DNA of 64,000 bases from Bryobacterales bacterium (GTDB lineage: Bacteria; Acidobacteriota; Terriglobia; Bryobacterales; Bryobacteraceae): positions 3,225,500 to 3,289,499 of the forward strand of contig CAVQTR010000003.1 of the NCBI GenBank assembly GCA_963716685.1, in the 5' to 3' direction. The first letter of the stretch is position 1. Each line of letters begins with the position of its first letter. A model generated the notes under the pieces. It was not told the DNA's origin. It worked only from the letters and a program-made list of their open reading frames with translations, and made no database searches. A program made the translations under genes and the position numbers. Shown piece after piece: positions 1 through 8,587 of the stretch.

Positions 1-393
1 GGAAGAGACCTCCAGCGCCGCGGACGAGCTCAGTCCCGCTCCATCCGGCACCGTGCTGTGGATCAGCAGCTTTCGGCCCTCGATGGGAAAGCCCGCGCGC
101 GCGAGTTGCTGCGCCACGCCGGCCACGTAATCGGTCCAGTGTTTTACCGGTTTCAGGTCCGCGATGGCGGCCACGGGCCAGTCCCATGTCTCGTTCTGCG
201 CTTCCGAACGAACATGCATATGGCCGTCAGCGGAGGGCGCGGAAGCCACCCAGGTCGCCAGATCGAGCGCAATCGGCAAAACAAAGCCAAAATTGTAGTC
301 GGTGTGCTCACCGATCAGGTTGACGCGGCCCGGCGCCCGGAATACGCGTAGTTCCGGCGCCGGGCCGAACTGCTTCTCAAACGCTTCCCTCAT
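1..393 (-). CDS. galK: galactokinase, N-terminal portion (gene continues past the window start)
   Basis: Minus-strand translation from the ATG at 393-391 reads MREAFEKQFGPAPELRVFRAPGRVNLIGEHTDYN..., the GHMP-kinase galactokinase N-terminal signature (PGRVNLIGEHTDYN). The reading frame runs off the window. The ATG overlaps the TGA of the upstream small ORF. Confidence 0.75.
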   Translation of the reverse strand, partial: MREAFEKQFGPAPELRVFRAPGRVNLIGEHTDYNFGFVLPIALDLATWVASAPSADGHMHVRSEAQNETWDWPVAAIADLKPVKHWTDYVAGVAQQLARAGFPIEGRKLLIHSTVPDGAGLSSSAALEVSS

Positions 394-584
394 GCGCGGC
401 GGCGAGCGCGAACAGCCAGCAGCAGCAGAAACGCTCCAAATGCAAGCATCACCAGACCGGCCCAGAGATTGATATTTAGAGGCGTAAGCGGCGCCCGTGC
501 CTCCGGTTCCAGCACGCCCAGCGCAACCAGAATGATGCCTGCGAGCGTAAAGAAGAGTCCCGAGGGAAGACGCAGATCTAGCAC
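390..584 (-). CDS. small two-helix membrane protein (DUF3311-like) coupled to the solute symporter
   Basis: 64-aa ORF, almost entirely hydrophobic with an RARRRA tail. It lies 4 nt after the stop of the SSS symporter, a typical small partner of Na+/solute symporters. Confidence 0.45.
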   Translation of the reverse strand: MLDLRLPSGLFFTLAGIILVALGVLEPEARAPLTPLNINLWAGLVMLAFGAFLLLLAVRARRRA

Positions 585-588
585 GGGG

Positions 589-2241
589 TCACCGGAACCA
601 TACGTTCAATAGTATGAGCACGACGCAGACCAGCCCGGCAAGCGGAATCGGTCTTCGATACCACGCAACGGTTCCGTCATGCGGGATTTTCGTGAGCCCG
701 TAGACCAGACCGGTCAGTTCCGAATGAGGCCGGGGCTTCGTCGCGAGGCTCACCACAATCGTGACCAGAAAACAGGTACTCCACGCGAAGATGGCAATCC
801 AAAAATTCTGGGCCATGGTCGAGGGAAACGAATAGAGCACCGTCCCGAGCCAGCCGCCTTTGCCTTCCGCGAGCGTCAGCCCGTGAACCAGAGCCGCAGC
901 AGTGGTTCCGCTCAGCAGCCCGGTAAAGGCCGCGTGCCCCGTGGTCCGCTTCCAGAACATGCCCAGCAGGAAGGTCGCAAACAGGGGGGCGTTCACGAAC
1001 CCGAACACCAGCTGCAGCAGGTCCATGATGTTGTTGTAGTGCTGGGCCAGGTAGGCGGTCATGATCGAGAGCGCGGTCCCCACCAGCGTGGTTACGCGAG
1101 CTACCGAGAGGTAATGCCGGTCGCTTTCACCCGGCCGGATGTAGCCCTGATAGATGTCGTACGTAAATACGGTGTTAAAGGCGGTCACATTGCCCGCCAT
1201 GCCGGACATAAAGGATGCCATGAGCGCTGTCAGCCCGATTCCCAGCATCCCGGCGGGATAAAACTGCGACATAAGGGTAGTCAGCACCTTGTCGTAATCC
1301 GGGCCGCCCGTCTTCATCGGCATCGCGTACCCGGTGCCCATCTGTGCCAGTGCAACCGCGGCCAGGCCCGGCACGATCACGATGAACGGCATAATCATCT
1401 TGGGGAACGCGGCCATCAGCGGCGTCCGGCGCGCGGCCGCCATGGAATCCGCGGCCATAGCGCGCTGCACCACCAGGAAATCAGTGCACCAATATCCGAA
1501 GGACAGCACAAACCCGAGTCCGGCAATCAGTCCAAAAGCCTCCACTCCCATCGGATTCATGCCGGAATTTCCCAGATACTGCCAGCTGTGCGTCATCACC
1601 GGAGCCAGATGGCTCTTCATTCCGCTCCAGCCGCCCGCGCGGTAAACGGCCATCATGGCCAGCGGCGAAAAGCCCAGCACGATCAGGAAAAACTGAAGCA
1701 CTTCGTTGTAGATGGCGCTCGTCAGCCCGCCCAGATAGGTATAAACCAGAACGATGGTTGCGGACAGAATGACGGAAGCGGTGAAACTCCAGCCCAGCAC
1801 CGCTTCGAACAAAATGCCCAGCGCATACATCGAGATGCCCGACGAGAAAATCGTCATGATGGCGAAGGTAATCGCGTTGAGCCCGCGCGTCTTTTCGTCG
1901 AACCGGAGCAGCAGGTATTCCGGCACGGAACGCGCGCGGCTGCCGTAGTAGAACGGCATCATGAACACTCCGATGAAGACCATCGCAGGCACCGCGCCAA
2001 CCCAGTAAAAGTGGGAGGTCATGATGCCGTATTTAGCGCCGGATGCACACATGCCGATCACTTCCTGCGCGCCGAGATTGGCCGCCAGAAACGCCAGGCT
2101 GGTGATCCACACCGGCATGGACCGCCCGCTCGTGAGAAACTCACCGCTGGACGTGGCCTGCCGGCGGAGCCGCCAGCCGATGCCGATTACGAAGAGGAAA
2201 TACAGGGCAAGGATGGAGTAATCAACAAGAGCAAGTTTCAA
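589..2241 (-). CDS. sodium:solute symporter (SSS family), likely sugar (galactose) uptake given the adjacent galK
   Basis: 550-aa ORF with about 13 predicted TM helices. The N-terminus (YFLFVIGIGW..R.........EFLTSGRS) is characteristic of SSS-family transporters. The start codon is TTG. Confidence 0.85.
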   Translation of the reverse strand: MKLALVDYSILALYFLFVIGIGWRLRRQATSSGEFLTSGRSMPVWITSLAFLAANLGAQEVIGMCASGAKYGIMTSHFYWVGAVPAMVFIGVFMMPFYYGSRARSVPEYLLLRFDEKTRGLNAITFAIMTIFSSGISMYALGILFEAVLGWSFTASVILSATIVLVYTYLGGLTSAIYNEVLQFFLIVLGFSPLAMMAVYRAGGWSGMKSHLAPVMTHSWQYLGNSGMNPMGVEAFGLIAGLGFVLSFGYWCTDFLVVQRAMAADSMAAARRTPLMAAFPKMIMPFIVIVPGLAAVALAQMGTGYAMPMKTGGPDYDKVLTTLMSQFYPAGMLGIGLTALMASFMSGMAGNVTAFNTVFTYDIYQGYIRPGESDRHYLSVARVTTLVGTALSIMTAYLAQHYNNIMDLLQLVFGFVNAPLFATFLLGMFWKRTTGHAAFTGLLSGTTAAALVHGLTLAEGKGGWLGTVLYSFPSTMAQNFWIAIFAWSTCFLVTIVVSLATKPRPHSELTGLVYGLTKIPHDGTVAWYRRPIPLAGLVCVVLILLNVWFR

Positions 2242-2282
2242 CTGTCAAACTATATATCATCGGGTTGATTTCCCGCCCGAGT

Positions 2283-4784
2283 TCACTGCGCTCCATCGGC
2301 CGCCGTGCGCACGGTCAGATAACGCCCGTCGCTGATCACCGTTTCGAGGCCTGATCGGTCGGTCCGCACGGTCCAGACATGCCGTTCCTCCAGGTTTTCC
2401 ACAGTCTGCCGGTGCGGATGCCCGTAGGAATTTTCAAAGCCGGCCGAGATCATCGCGAACGCCGGGTGCACCGCGTCGAGGAAGCCCGGCGTACTCGAAC
2501 TCCGGCTGCCGTGATGCCCCACTTTCAACACATCGGCACGTCGCACCAGATCGCCCGCCAGCAGTTCCTGCTCCACCTGCTTTTCCATGTCCCCGGTCAG
2601 CAGAAACGAGTGGCGGCCATACGCTAAACGAAGCACCAGCGAATCGTTGTTCTTCGGCGAATTCCCCGTCACGTAATCCGCAGAAGGAGCCAGCACCTGC
2701 ACGCTCGCCCCGCCGAAGGGAAACGGGCCTCCCCGCACCAGCGGCTTGACCTTTACTCCTCGGGCGCTCGCTTCCTCACGAAGCCGGTCCCAGGACGGAT
2801 ACGGCGGGGTCGCTCCGGTCCACAATTCCCGCACATCGAAATCCCGCAGGATTGCCGCAAGCCCGCCAATGTGATCTTCATGCGCGTGCGAAAGCGCCAC
2901 CACATCGATGTGCCGGATGGAGCGTGTCCACAGGTAAGGAGCCACCACGTCCTCCCCGACGTCCAGCCGGGTGTTCGCCGATTTTCCAAAACTCGGGATT
3001 CCCCCGCCATCCACCAGCATGATGCGGCCGTCCGGAAACGCGACCAGCAGGCTGTCGCCCTGCCCCACATCGATGGCCGTCACCTCCAGAGCGCGCGGCT
3101 GAATCACCGGCGGGAACGGATGAACCACCAGCACCACCAGCAACAGCAGCACTGCGGCTGCCGTGACCACCCGAACCGATACCCAGCGGAAGCGGATTGC
3201 CGCGGCCACCAGCGCGGCCGTAAATGCCAGTGCGAGCCACAGCGGCGGGTCCGGAATACGCCAGTTGGGCTCCCAGCGCGCATGCCACGCAACCGCTATC
3301 CGCGAAAGGTCCAGCAGCCACGCCGCAAGACCCGCGAGCAGCGTCGAGTTCGTAAAAACCGCAAGGAAGCCGACCGGCACCACGACACCCAGCAACGGCA
3401 CCGCAAACGCATTGGCCGAAAGACCCGAAAACGAGATGCGATGAAAGTAGATAGCCATCGGCAGCGCCAGCCCAATCTGAATCACCGCCGACGTCAGCAA
3501 CAGGTCGTAAAGATAGAATCCGAGGCGCATGGGCACCGTCACCGCCCACCTCGCCATCCGCGAGGGAAGCCGGGGCAGGAGCAGTTCCACGGTGTCCACC
3601 ACCAGCCGTAGTTCCAGACGGAAGTGGGCAACTCGCGGCGGCATCCGCAGGTCGCTTGTCTTGTCGCTCAGCTTGGCCAAACCAGCGGTGAGCGGCCCCG
3701 AAGTTTTCTCGATGATGGGAACCACCATCGCGGCGATCAGCGCCACCGAAAGAAAGGAAAGCTGGAAACCCGGATCAAACATCTGCTCGGGGTCGGCAAG
3801 GATAAAGATCAGCGCCACCGCCGCGATCACGTTGAGCATGCGGCCCTGACGGTAGAAGCATCGCCCGATCGCAAACAGAGTCATTCCCGCCGCTGAGCGC
3901 ACCACTGGCGCCTGCCAGCCCGTAACAAACGCGTATAGCCACCCCGCAATCAGGGTTGCCAAGGTGGCCCAGTCGCGCGGCACGAAGCAGATGCGCAGCA
4001 GGAACAGCAGGAAAGCCGCCAGTACCGCCACGTGACTGCCGGAGATCACCAGCGCATGAAAGGTCCCGGTGGATCGAAAGTCTTCCGTCCACACGCGCTC
4101 CATGCCGCTGGTCTCCCCAATCAGAACCGCCTGCATCATCGCGATGTTGTACGCGCTCGGCTGATAGAGTTCCTCGATGCGCGCGAGCGCGGCCATGCGA
4201 ATGGCGTAAATGGCCGCCCAAAATCGCGATCCGCATCGCCCAGGCAAAACCGTTGCCTGAGCGCCGGCCGGGGTCGAAGCGGTCCAGTAGATGTACTGTC
4301 GCGCCAGAAAATGCGTGTAGTCGAAAGCTCCGGGATTCCGGTAGTTGTGTGGAACGCGCGTTTTCGCCGGAAACTCCACCAGCTGCCCGTAACGAAACGC
4401 CGGGGCCGATTCACCCTCGCGCAGATACCAGTTCACCCGCGCGCGCGCCTGCGGCGCCATTTCCAGAGTGAACTGTTCGCGCTCGCGCGCCAGCACCGCC
4501 GGCTCCACCACGCAGCCCGAAAGCAGTACCTGTTCACCGTCGACTGTGTCGAGTTCCGGGGCCGCTTCAGGACGGTGCGCCAGCATCACCAAAGCCCCGC
4601 AGGAGAACATCGCAAGCAGCACACAGGCGCCTGCCAGACGCTGTGAAAATCGCAGCGCGACGAGGCCGAGCAGCGCAAACGCGGCCGTCACGCACCACAG
4701 CTCGCCCGACTGAAACGGCGCAACACGCGGCAGCAGAATGCCGCACGCCACAGCAGCCAAAGGCGCGATCAGCGGTTCCCGCAC
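2283..4784 (-). CDS. comEC: DNA internalization competence protein ComEC/Rec2 (polytopic membrane domain plus C-terminal metallo-beta-lactamase fold)
   Basis: 833-aa ORF. It has an N-terminal multi-TM region with a DUF4131/competence domain, and a C-terminal HxHxDH-type MBL motif (SHAHEDHIGG ... VGHHGS). Confidence 0.8.
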   Translation of the reverse strand: MREPLIAPLAAVACGILLPRVAPFQSGELWCVTAAFALLGLVALRFSQRLAGACVLLAMFSCGALVMLAHRPEAAPELDTVDGEQVLLSGCVVEPAVLAREREQFTLEMAPQARARVNWYLREGESAPAFRYGQLVEFPAKTRVPHNYRNPGAFDYTHFLARQYIYWTASTPAGAQATVLPGRCGSRFWAAIYAIRMAALARIEELYQPSAYNIAMMQAVLIGETSGMERVWTEDFRSTGTFHALVISGSHVAVLAAFLLFLLRICFVPRDWATLATLIAGWLYAFVTGWQAPVVRSAAGMTLFAIGRCFYRQGRMLNVIAAVALIFILADPEQMFDPGFQLSFLSVALIAAMVVPIIEKTSGPLTAGLAKLSDKTSDLRMPPRVAHFRLELRLVVDTVELLLPRLPSRMARWAVTVPMRLGFYLYDLLLTSAVIQIGLALPMAIYFHRISFSGLSANAFAVPLLGVVVPVGFLAVFTNSTLLAGLAAWLLDLSRIAVAWHARWEPNWRIPDPPLWLALAFTAALVAAAIRFRWVSVRVVTAAAVLLLLVVLVVHPFPPVIQPRALEVTAIDVGQGDSLLVAFPDGRIMLVDGGGIPSFGKSANTRLDVGEDVVAPYLWTRSIRHIDVVALSHAHEDHIGGLAAILRDFDVRELWTGATPPYPSWDRLREEASARGVKVKPLVRGGPFPFGGASVQVLAPSADYVTGNSPKNNDSLVLRLAYGRHSFLLTGDMEKQVEQELLAGDLVRRADVLKVGHHGSRSSSTPGFLDAVHPAFAMISAGFENSYGHPHRQTVENLEERHVWTVRTDRSGLETVISDGRYLTVRTAADGAQ

Positions 4785-4826
4785 TCCAGTTGGTGCCGCA
4801 GCCCGCGCCTTCTTCTCGCGCGCGCA

Positions 4827-4985
4827 CTATGCCATCGGCGGAGTCCAGTGGTTCAGCACCGGCAGCATCTCTTCCATTTCCGCCCCGCTATAGACCCGCG
4901 TCGTGCCGTCTTTGAACTTCACTTCCACGGCAGTCTGTCCCAGGTAATTCACCTCGCTGATGTTGTCCACATCGATGTTTTCCAT
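4827..4985 (-). CDS. small hypothetical protein (52 aa) upstream of comEC
   Basis: ATG at 4985 preceded by AGGA about 10 nt upstream. Product: MENIDVDNISEVNYLGQTAVEVKFKDGTTRVYSGAEMEEMLPVLNHWTPPMA. The listed 73-aa ORF uses an upstream TTG. I see no recognisable domain. Confidence 0.35.
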   Translation of the reverse strand: MENIDVDNISEVNYLGQTAVEVKFKDGTTRVYSGAEMEEMLPVLNHWTPPMA

Positions 4986-5042
4986 TGATTCTGATCCTAC
5001 ACGGATTATGAACTCCAAATTACTTTGTGGTATAAAGCTTGC

Positions 5043-5660
5043 ATGCAAGTCGGCGATCTTCTCTTCCTCGCGTCATTCCTGATGCTGCTGGTGTTGCTTG
5101 CTCGTTCCCTTTGGCTGGTGGTGCGCGGGAACGGGCTCGCCCTGCGCAACACCGCCCGCTTCACCGCCGGGTTTGTGGTCTGCTACGCAGCGGCTCTGCT
5201 GACCAGTTCCCTGGCGACACCGCGCCGCTACTTCCACCCCGGCCAGCGCCGCTGTTTTGACGACTGGTGCCTTGCGGTGAACTCGATCGAGCCGACAGCC
5301 GCACCCGGCGCATGGACGGTCACGGTCCGGATCGAAAGCGTCGCGAAGCGCGTGCGGCAGCGTGAACGGGGCGTGGCGCTCGCGCTCGAAGATCAGCAGG
5401 GCCACCGTTACCTCGCGGGCCCGGCGCTGGACCGCCCTGTAACGGATGAGGTGGGCCCCGGCGAATCGTTCACCACCACGATCCCGTTCCGTTTACCCGC
5501 GAACACCCGGCCATCCGGTATCGTCGTCCGGCATTCGCGCTTTCCCACTGCCTTCATCATCGGTGACGATAGCAGCCTGTTCCACGTACCCGCGCTTCAC
5601 CTGGTCAGGGTTGCGTCACCGCAAACTCTCGAAATTGTGCCGGCGAGCCATCCGTTGTAA
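5043..5660 (+). CDS. hypothetical membrane-anchored protein
   Basis: ATG at 5043. N-terminal TM segment (LLFLASFLMLLVLLARSLWLVV) followed by a soluble domain. No recognisable family. Confidence 0.4.
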   Translation: MQVGDLLFLASFLMLLVLLARSLWLVVRGNGLALRNTARFTAGFVVCYAAALLTSSLATPRRYFHPGQRRCFDDWCLAVNSIEPTAAPGAWTVTVRIESVAKRVRQRERGVALALEDQQGHRYLAGPALDRPVTDEVGPGESFTTTIPFRLPANTRPSGIVVRHSRFPTAFIIGDDSSLFHVPALHLVRVASPQTLEIVPASHPL

Positions 5661-7554
5661 TCCCGGGCATCCCATTCACCAGAGCAAACTCCGCCCGCAG
5701 CATCTCCGCGCCATCTATCAGAAACAAAAACCCGCTGCCCGCTTTCTCCGCTGTCAGCGCGTGCCACGCCCCGGCATCGAAGCCGGCGGGCAGCCCGGCA
5801 TTCTGCCAGGTACTGATTCCGTTCACAACGGCATGAACCCTTAGCAGACGCTGTGCCGCATCCAGCCACATGCTCACGTTATTATTGCGGTCGTCGTAAC
5901 ACGCCACCAATCCAACCCGGCCCTCGGAGCCGCCGCCCTTACGAACCTCCGCCCCAACGGTGTACGACTGCAGATTTGGGTTACCGCGATAAAGCGCCTG
6001 TGTTCCAGCGCCACGACTCTCCACCGCACGGGCATCCACAATCTGCCACAACCCCGGCGCGTCGCTCGCCCCTCCCTCCGCGGCGTCCCCATAGGGTCTG
6101 CCCCACCCGAAGGCATCGTCTATTAGGGTCACATTCCGAAACTGCGCGCCCGCGCCAGTCGAAAAGACGCCGATCTGTCCGCCTTCCAAGGCCGCGCTTC
6201 TTTGTTCGCGCACCACGCCATCGAGCACGAAGCTGAACGACTGCTCGGCCGACTTCCTCACCTCCAGATGATGCGCTGCCGCAAAATCGAACCCAATCGG
6301 CATCGCGGTCCAGTGAATCCCCTGATCGGCGCCCGCTACCGTCGCTCCCGTCCCCAGCACGCCAGCTGATCCATCCAGGAAGACCTCGACATGGTTCGCC
6401 TCATCGCGGTACAGCGCGTAAACTCCCGAGCGTCCCGTCCTGCCTGCCGCCACATCGGCGGATACGGTGTACGCCACCGATTCCGAACCATTGCGAAACG
6501 CGGTACCGCCAACGGGCCCGCTGTACACGTTGCCACTGCTGAGGTATGCCATCGCGCCCGCCGCCCGCGCGCCCTGTTTCGAATCTCCCCAGCCCGAAGC
6601 GGCCCCGGCATCGCCCGACGGCTGCTCCAGCCCAACCTGCGGATCCATGGGATAGCCCAGCAGCGGGACGCCCTCCGAATCCCACGCGATCTTCTGCATG
6701 CGAATGCTGCGGCATGCCCACTGCGCGCAGTTCAGCCGGTCATACGCGTGGTAAAGACTCCACGATTCCGTTCCGTCCGGCGAATTGATGAACACCACGC
6801 TTCCAGGACCATATACGTGCGAGTGTCCATCCAGCACCGGGCCATGTTTCTTCCAGGCACCTGGATTCAGCAGATCGCCCGAAGCATTGATCAGTACGCC
6901 CACGGCATAGTCCTTGGTCGTCCAGCTGGCGCTCGCCGAATACGTTAAATAGGTGGATCCCGCATGCACAAAACCCACCGGACCTTCCTGAATGGCGCCC
7001 GTGCGCGTTTCCCAGCTCTCCACCGGCGAACTGATCTGAACTGTGTCGCTGGCAACATGCACCGGGTCGCTCATCCGCGCGATGCAAAGGTTCTGGGGAA
7101 GTCTCCCGAATTCATCCCCGGTGCATGACCACGTCAGGTAGAGCTGGTTGTCGGCACCGAAGAACACGTCCGGATCGATGGCCCAGTTCCCCGTAGAATC
7201 CACAATCTGCCCCGCCAGTTTGTAAGGATCGAGCGGGTCGGACCCGCCCTCGAGCACAAACAGGCGATGCCGCGCGTCACTGTGGTGGTCGGCTGCGAAG
7301 TAGAGGTACCAGCGTCCGCCGATAAGGTGCAGCTCGGGAGCCCAGACATTCGCCAGCCCCCCGGATCCCGGCCGGGCGTTCCAAACCGGAATCGGCGCCT
7401 GCGAACTCAGCCCCGAAAGCGTGGGGGACCGGCGCAGATAAATACGGTCGGAGTCCGCGTCCGAATAATAGTAATTCCCTTGCCAACGAATCACATATGG
7501 ATCCTGGCTCGGGAACAGTGGGTTGGTAAATGTCTGAGCCACTACCACCCGCAA
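5605..7554 (-). CDS. glycoside hydrolase family 43 (beta-xylosidase/arabinofuranosidase-like) with two C-terminal jelly-roll lectin-like domains
   Basis: N-terminal DPYVIRWQGNYYY ... WAPELHLIGGRWYLYF ... is the GH43 five-bladed propeller signature. Two roughly 150-aa repeats follow (YTVSADV.., YTVGAEV..). The listed start at 7554 is a TTG. An in-frame signal-peptide-like extension lies upstream (see findings). Confidence 0.8.
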   Translation of the reverse strand: MRVVVAQTFTNPLFPSQDPYVIRWQGNYYYSDADSDRIYLRRSPTLSGLSSQAPIPVWNARPGSGGLANVWAPELHLIGGRWYLYFAADHHSDARHRLFVLEGGSDPLDPYKLAGQIVDSTGNWAIDPDVFFGADNQLYLTWSCTGDEFGRLPQNLCIARMSDPVHVASDTVQISSPVESWETRTGAIQEGPVGFVHAGSTYLTYSASASWTTKDYAVGVLINASGDLLNPGAWKKHGPVLDGHSHVYGPGSVVFINSPDGTESWSLYHAYDRLNCAQWACRSIRMQKIAWDSEGVPLLGYPMDPQVGLEQPSGDAGAASGWGDSKQGARAAGAMAYLSSGNVYSGPVGGTAFRNGSESVAYTVSADVAAGRTGRSGVYALYRDEANHVEVFLDGSAGVLGTGATVAGADQGIHWTAMPIGFDFAAAHHLEVRKSAEQSFSFVLDGVVREQRSAALEGGQIGVFSTGAGAQFRNVTLIDDAFGWGRPYGDAAEGGASDAPGLWQIVDARAVESRGAGTQALYRGNPNLQSYTVGAEVRKGGGSEGRVGLVACYDDRNNNVSMWLDAAQRLLRVHAVVNGISTWQNAGLPAGFDAGAWHALTAEKAGSGFLFLIDGAEMLRAEFALVNGMPGITTDGSPAQFREFAVTQP

Positions 7555-7588
7555 AGAGAGCAGAAACAGGAGATAAAGTCTGCTTGGT

Positions 7589-7610
7589 ATTTGTAATTAA
7601 TATCACAAAT
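7589..7610. promoter_or_regulatory. inverted repeat ATTTGT-N10-ACAAAT in the AT-rich region immediately 5' of the GH43 gene (candidate operator)
   Basis: Sequence atttgtaattaatatcacaaat. The arms are perfect 6-bp reverse complements. It sits in a conspicuously AT-rich 110-bp intergenic region (7555-7666). Confidence 0.3.
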
Positions 7611-7666
7611 AACCGAGAAAAGTAAATAGAAATTGAGTCAATGAAAAACAAACAATTGCGTTCAGC

Positions 7667-8551
7667 TCACACGCTATCAATCTCGGCCAGTTCCTCCGCG
7701 CTTAAATTCCATTCCGCTGCCCGAGCATTCGCCTCCACCTGTGCCGCCGATGTCGCGCCCGCGATCACGGAAGCGACCGCCTTCTGAGCCGCGAGCCAGG
7801 AAAACGCCAGCTCGAGCAAAGTGCGCCCATGCCGCTCGGCGAACCCGATCAGCTTCTCCACTTTTTCCAGATTCTCCGGCGTAAATACCTTCGGCCCAAA
7901 ACCCGCCTCGCCGCGGCTTCCTGCCGGAACCGGCTGTCCTTTGCGGTATTTGCCGGTCAACAGTCCGTTCGCCAGTGGAAAATACGGCAGGAACGCCATA
8001 CCCATTCGTTCGCATTCCGGCAGCACGTCAGCCTCCGGCGAGCGATGGAACAGACTGTATTCGTTCTGCACACTGGCAAATCCCGGCGTGTCCCGTAGCT
8101 GCTGCGCGGTGAAATTCGAGCATCCAATCTCGCGCACCTTGCCCGCTCTCACCAGCTGCTGCATCGCCCCGAGCGTATCGGCGAGCGGCACCTTCGGGTC
8201 CGGCCGGTGGTACTGATAAAGATCGATCCGGTCCGTTCCCAGACGCCTAAGACTTGCCTCCGCGGCCTGATGCACATATTCCGGCCGGCCACCCTCCAGT
8301 CCGTCACCCATCTTCATGCCAAACTTGGTGGCCACCACCACCTCGCTTCGCCGCGGGCCCAGCGCGCGCCCCAGGTACTCCTCGCTCTGCCCAGTGCCAT
8401 ACATGTCGGCGGTGTCGAAAAAGTTCACTCCGGCCGCAAGCGCAGCGTCTACCACCTTCTTCGTTGCCTCCGCATCGATGCGCCAGCCGAAGTTGTTGCA
8501 CCCCAGCCCCACCAGCGAAACGTCCAGCGATCCGATCCGTCTTCGTTCCAT
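7667..8551 (-). CDS. aldo/keto reductase
   Basis: The true start is the internal ATG at 8551 (MERRRIGSLDVSLVGLGCNNFG...). This gives a 294-aa protein with AKR motifs (GxGxxxFG, ...FFDTADMYG..., IGCSNF). The listed 552-aa ORF extends the N-terminus antisense to the GMC gene and is an artefact. Confidence 0.85.
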   Translation of the reverse strand: MERRRIGSLDVSLVGLGCNNFGWRIDAEATKKVVDAALAAGVNFFDTADMYGTGQSEEYLGRALGPRRSEVVVATKFGMKMGDGLEGGRPEYVHQAAEASLRRLGTDRIDLYQYHRPDPKVPLADTLGAMQQLVRAGKVREIGCSNFTAQQLRDTPGFASVQNEYSLFHRSPEADVLPECERMGMAFLPYFPLANGLLTGKYRKGQPVPAGSRGEAGFGPKVFTPENLEKVEKLIGFAERHGRTLLELAFSWLAAQKAVASVIAGATSAAQVEANARAAEWNLSAEELAEIDSV

Positions 8552-8587
8552 AGTGATATGATCCTCGAACAAAGCCGCTGACCGCGA

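Noticed and set aside
679-2268. 529-aa plus-strand ORF covering the symporter locus
   Set aside because: It is exactly antisense to the SSS transporter. The composition is Arg/His/Gly/Gln-rich with no hydrophobic core, typical of an antisense frame in high-GC DNA.
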